NCBI GenBank assembly: GCA_965218695.1
Contig: OZ244651.1
Coordinates: forward strand, 1,792,001 to 1,856,000
Length of the DNA: 64,000 bases
Reading direction: 5' to 3'
Source: Nitrosopumilus sp.
Lineage (GTDB): Archaea > Thermoproteota > Nitrososphaeria > Nitrososphaerales > Nitrosopumilaceae
Below, piece after piece: positions 63,684-64,000 of the stretch. Under the pieces are notes generated by a model. It saw nothing but the letters and a program-made list of their open reading frames with translations. It made no database searches and was not told where the DNA came from. The position numbers and the translations under genes were made by a program. Each line of letters begins with the position of its first letter. Position 1 is the stretch's first letter.

Positions 63684-64000
63684 GTAAGTGTTCACGTCGT
63701 GCCTAATTCAGTTCACTCTTGGGTAAATTTTGTGCAAACCACAGATCCAAATAGGATGGTAATCCAAACCCGATGTGAAAAGCCAGGCTGAACTCAAAAA
63801 GATGTACACGGATCTCAAGACTGAGAACATCAAGCTCAAGCAGACGATTGAGATGCAAGGGCAGATAATTGAGGAATTGAATCTGGCAGTTGCTGATCTT
63901 AAGCGCAGGCTGGTGCGGCATGACAATTACAACACCCCGTCATCACAAAAAAGGGGGCCCGGATGGCCTGACACAAAGGGAAAAGGCGACGAAAAGAATG
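63684..64000 (+). mobile_element. Left end of another IS66-family element (runs off the window)
   Basis: Starts GTAAGTGTTCAC; ORF from about 63775 with a coiled coil then HDNYNTPSS, like the IS66 N-terminus. Confidence 0.75.

Noticed and set aside
63793-63808. CTCAAAAAGATGTAC as a self-target of the mini-array spacer
   Set aside because: Only a short gapped match to the spacer 5' end; expected by chance.

Overview
Archaeal chromosome segment, most likely a GC-rich, IS-rich member of the ammonia-oxidising Nitrosopumilaceae (Nitrososphaeria/Thaumarchaeota). The taxon is inferred from the thaumarchaeal-type heme-copper oxidase cluster, npdG, mtnA and the IPxWVK secreted-protein motif; a host-associated lifestyle such as a sponge symbiont is a further inference. 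Layout: (1) 1-19.2 kb is an integrated mobile element or island anchored at tRNA-Lys(CTT) by a tyrosine integrase. It carries defence cargo (Avs-like STAND NTPase, HNH/HIT protein, NYN nuclease), an iteron- and hairpin-rich possible origin, a translationally coupled operon ending in an SF3/AAA-like helicase, and an orphan single-spacer mini-CRISPR array (8372-8479); I recognised no cas genes in the window. (2) 19.4-26 kb is core DNA with the terminal oxidase cluster. (3) 26-36.2 kb is a second accessory patch: IS66, a 1151-aa VirD4/HerA-like ATPase, an IS5, and an IS-broken Fic gene. (4) 36.3-50.2 kb is mostly housekeeping genes, including a non-canonical tRNA-Arg(TCG). (5) 50.5-64 kb is a surface-glycosylation locus disrupted by IS630, IS5 (ISL2-type) and IS66 elements. 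Most IS ends and target-site duplications can be read directly, and several interrupted genes can be rejoined in frame. All calls come from manual reading; no searches were run.
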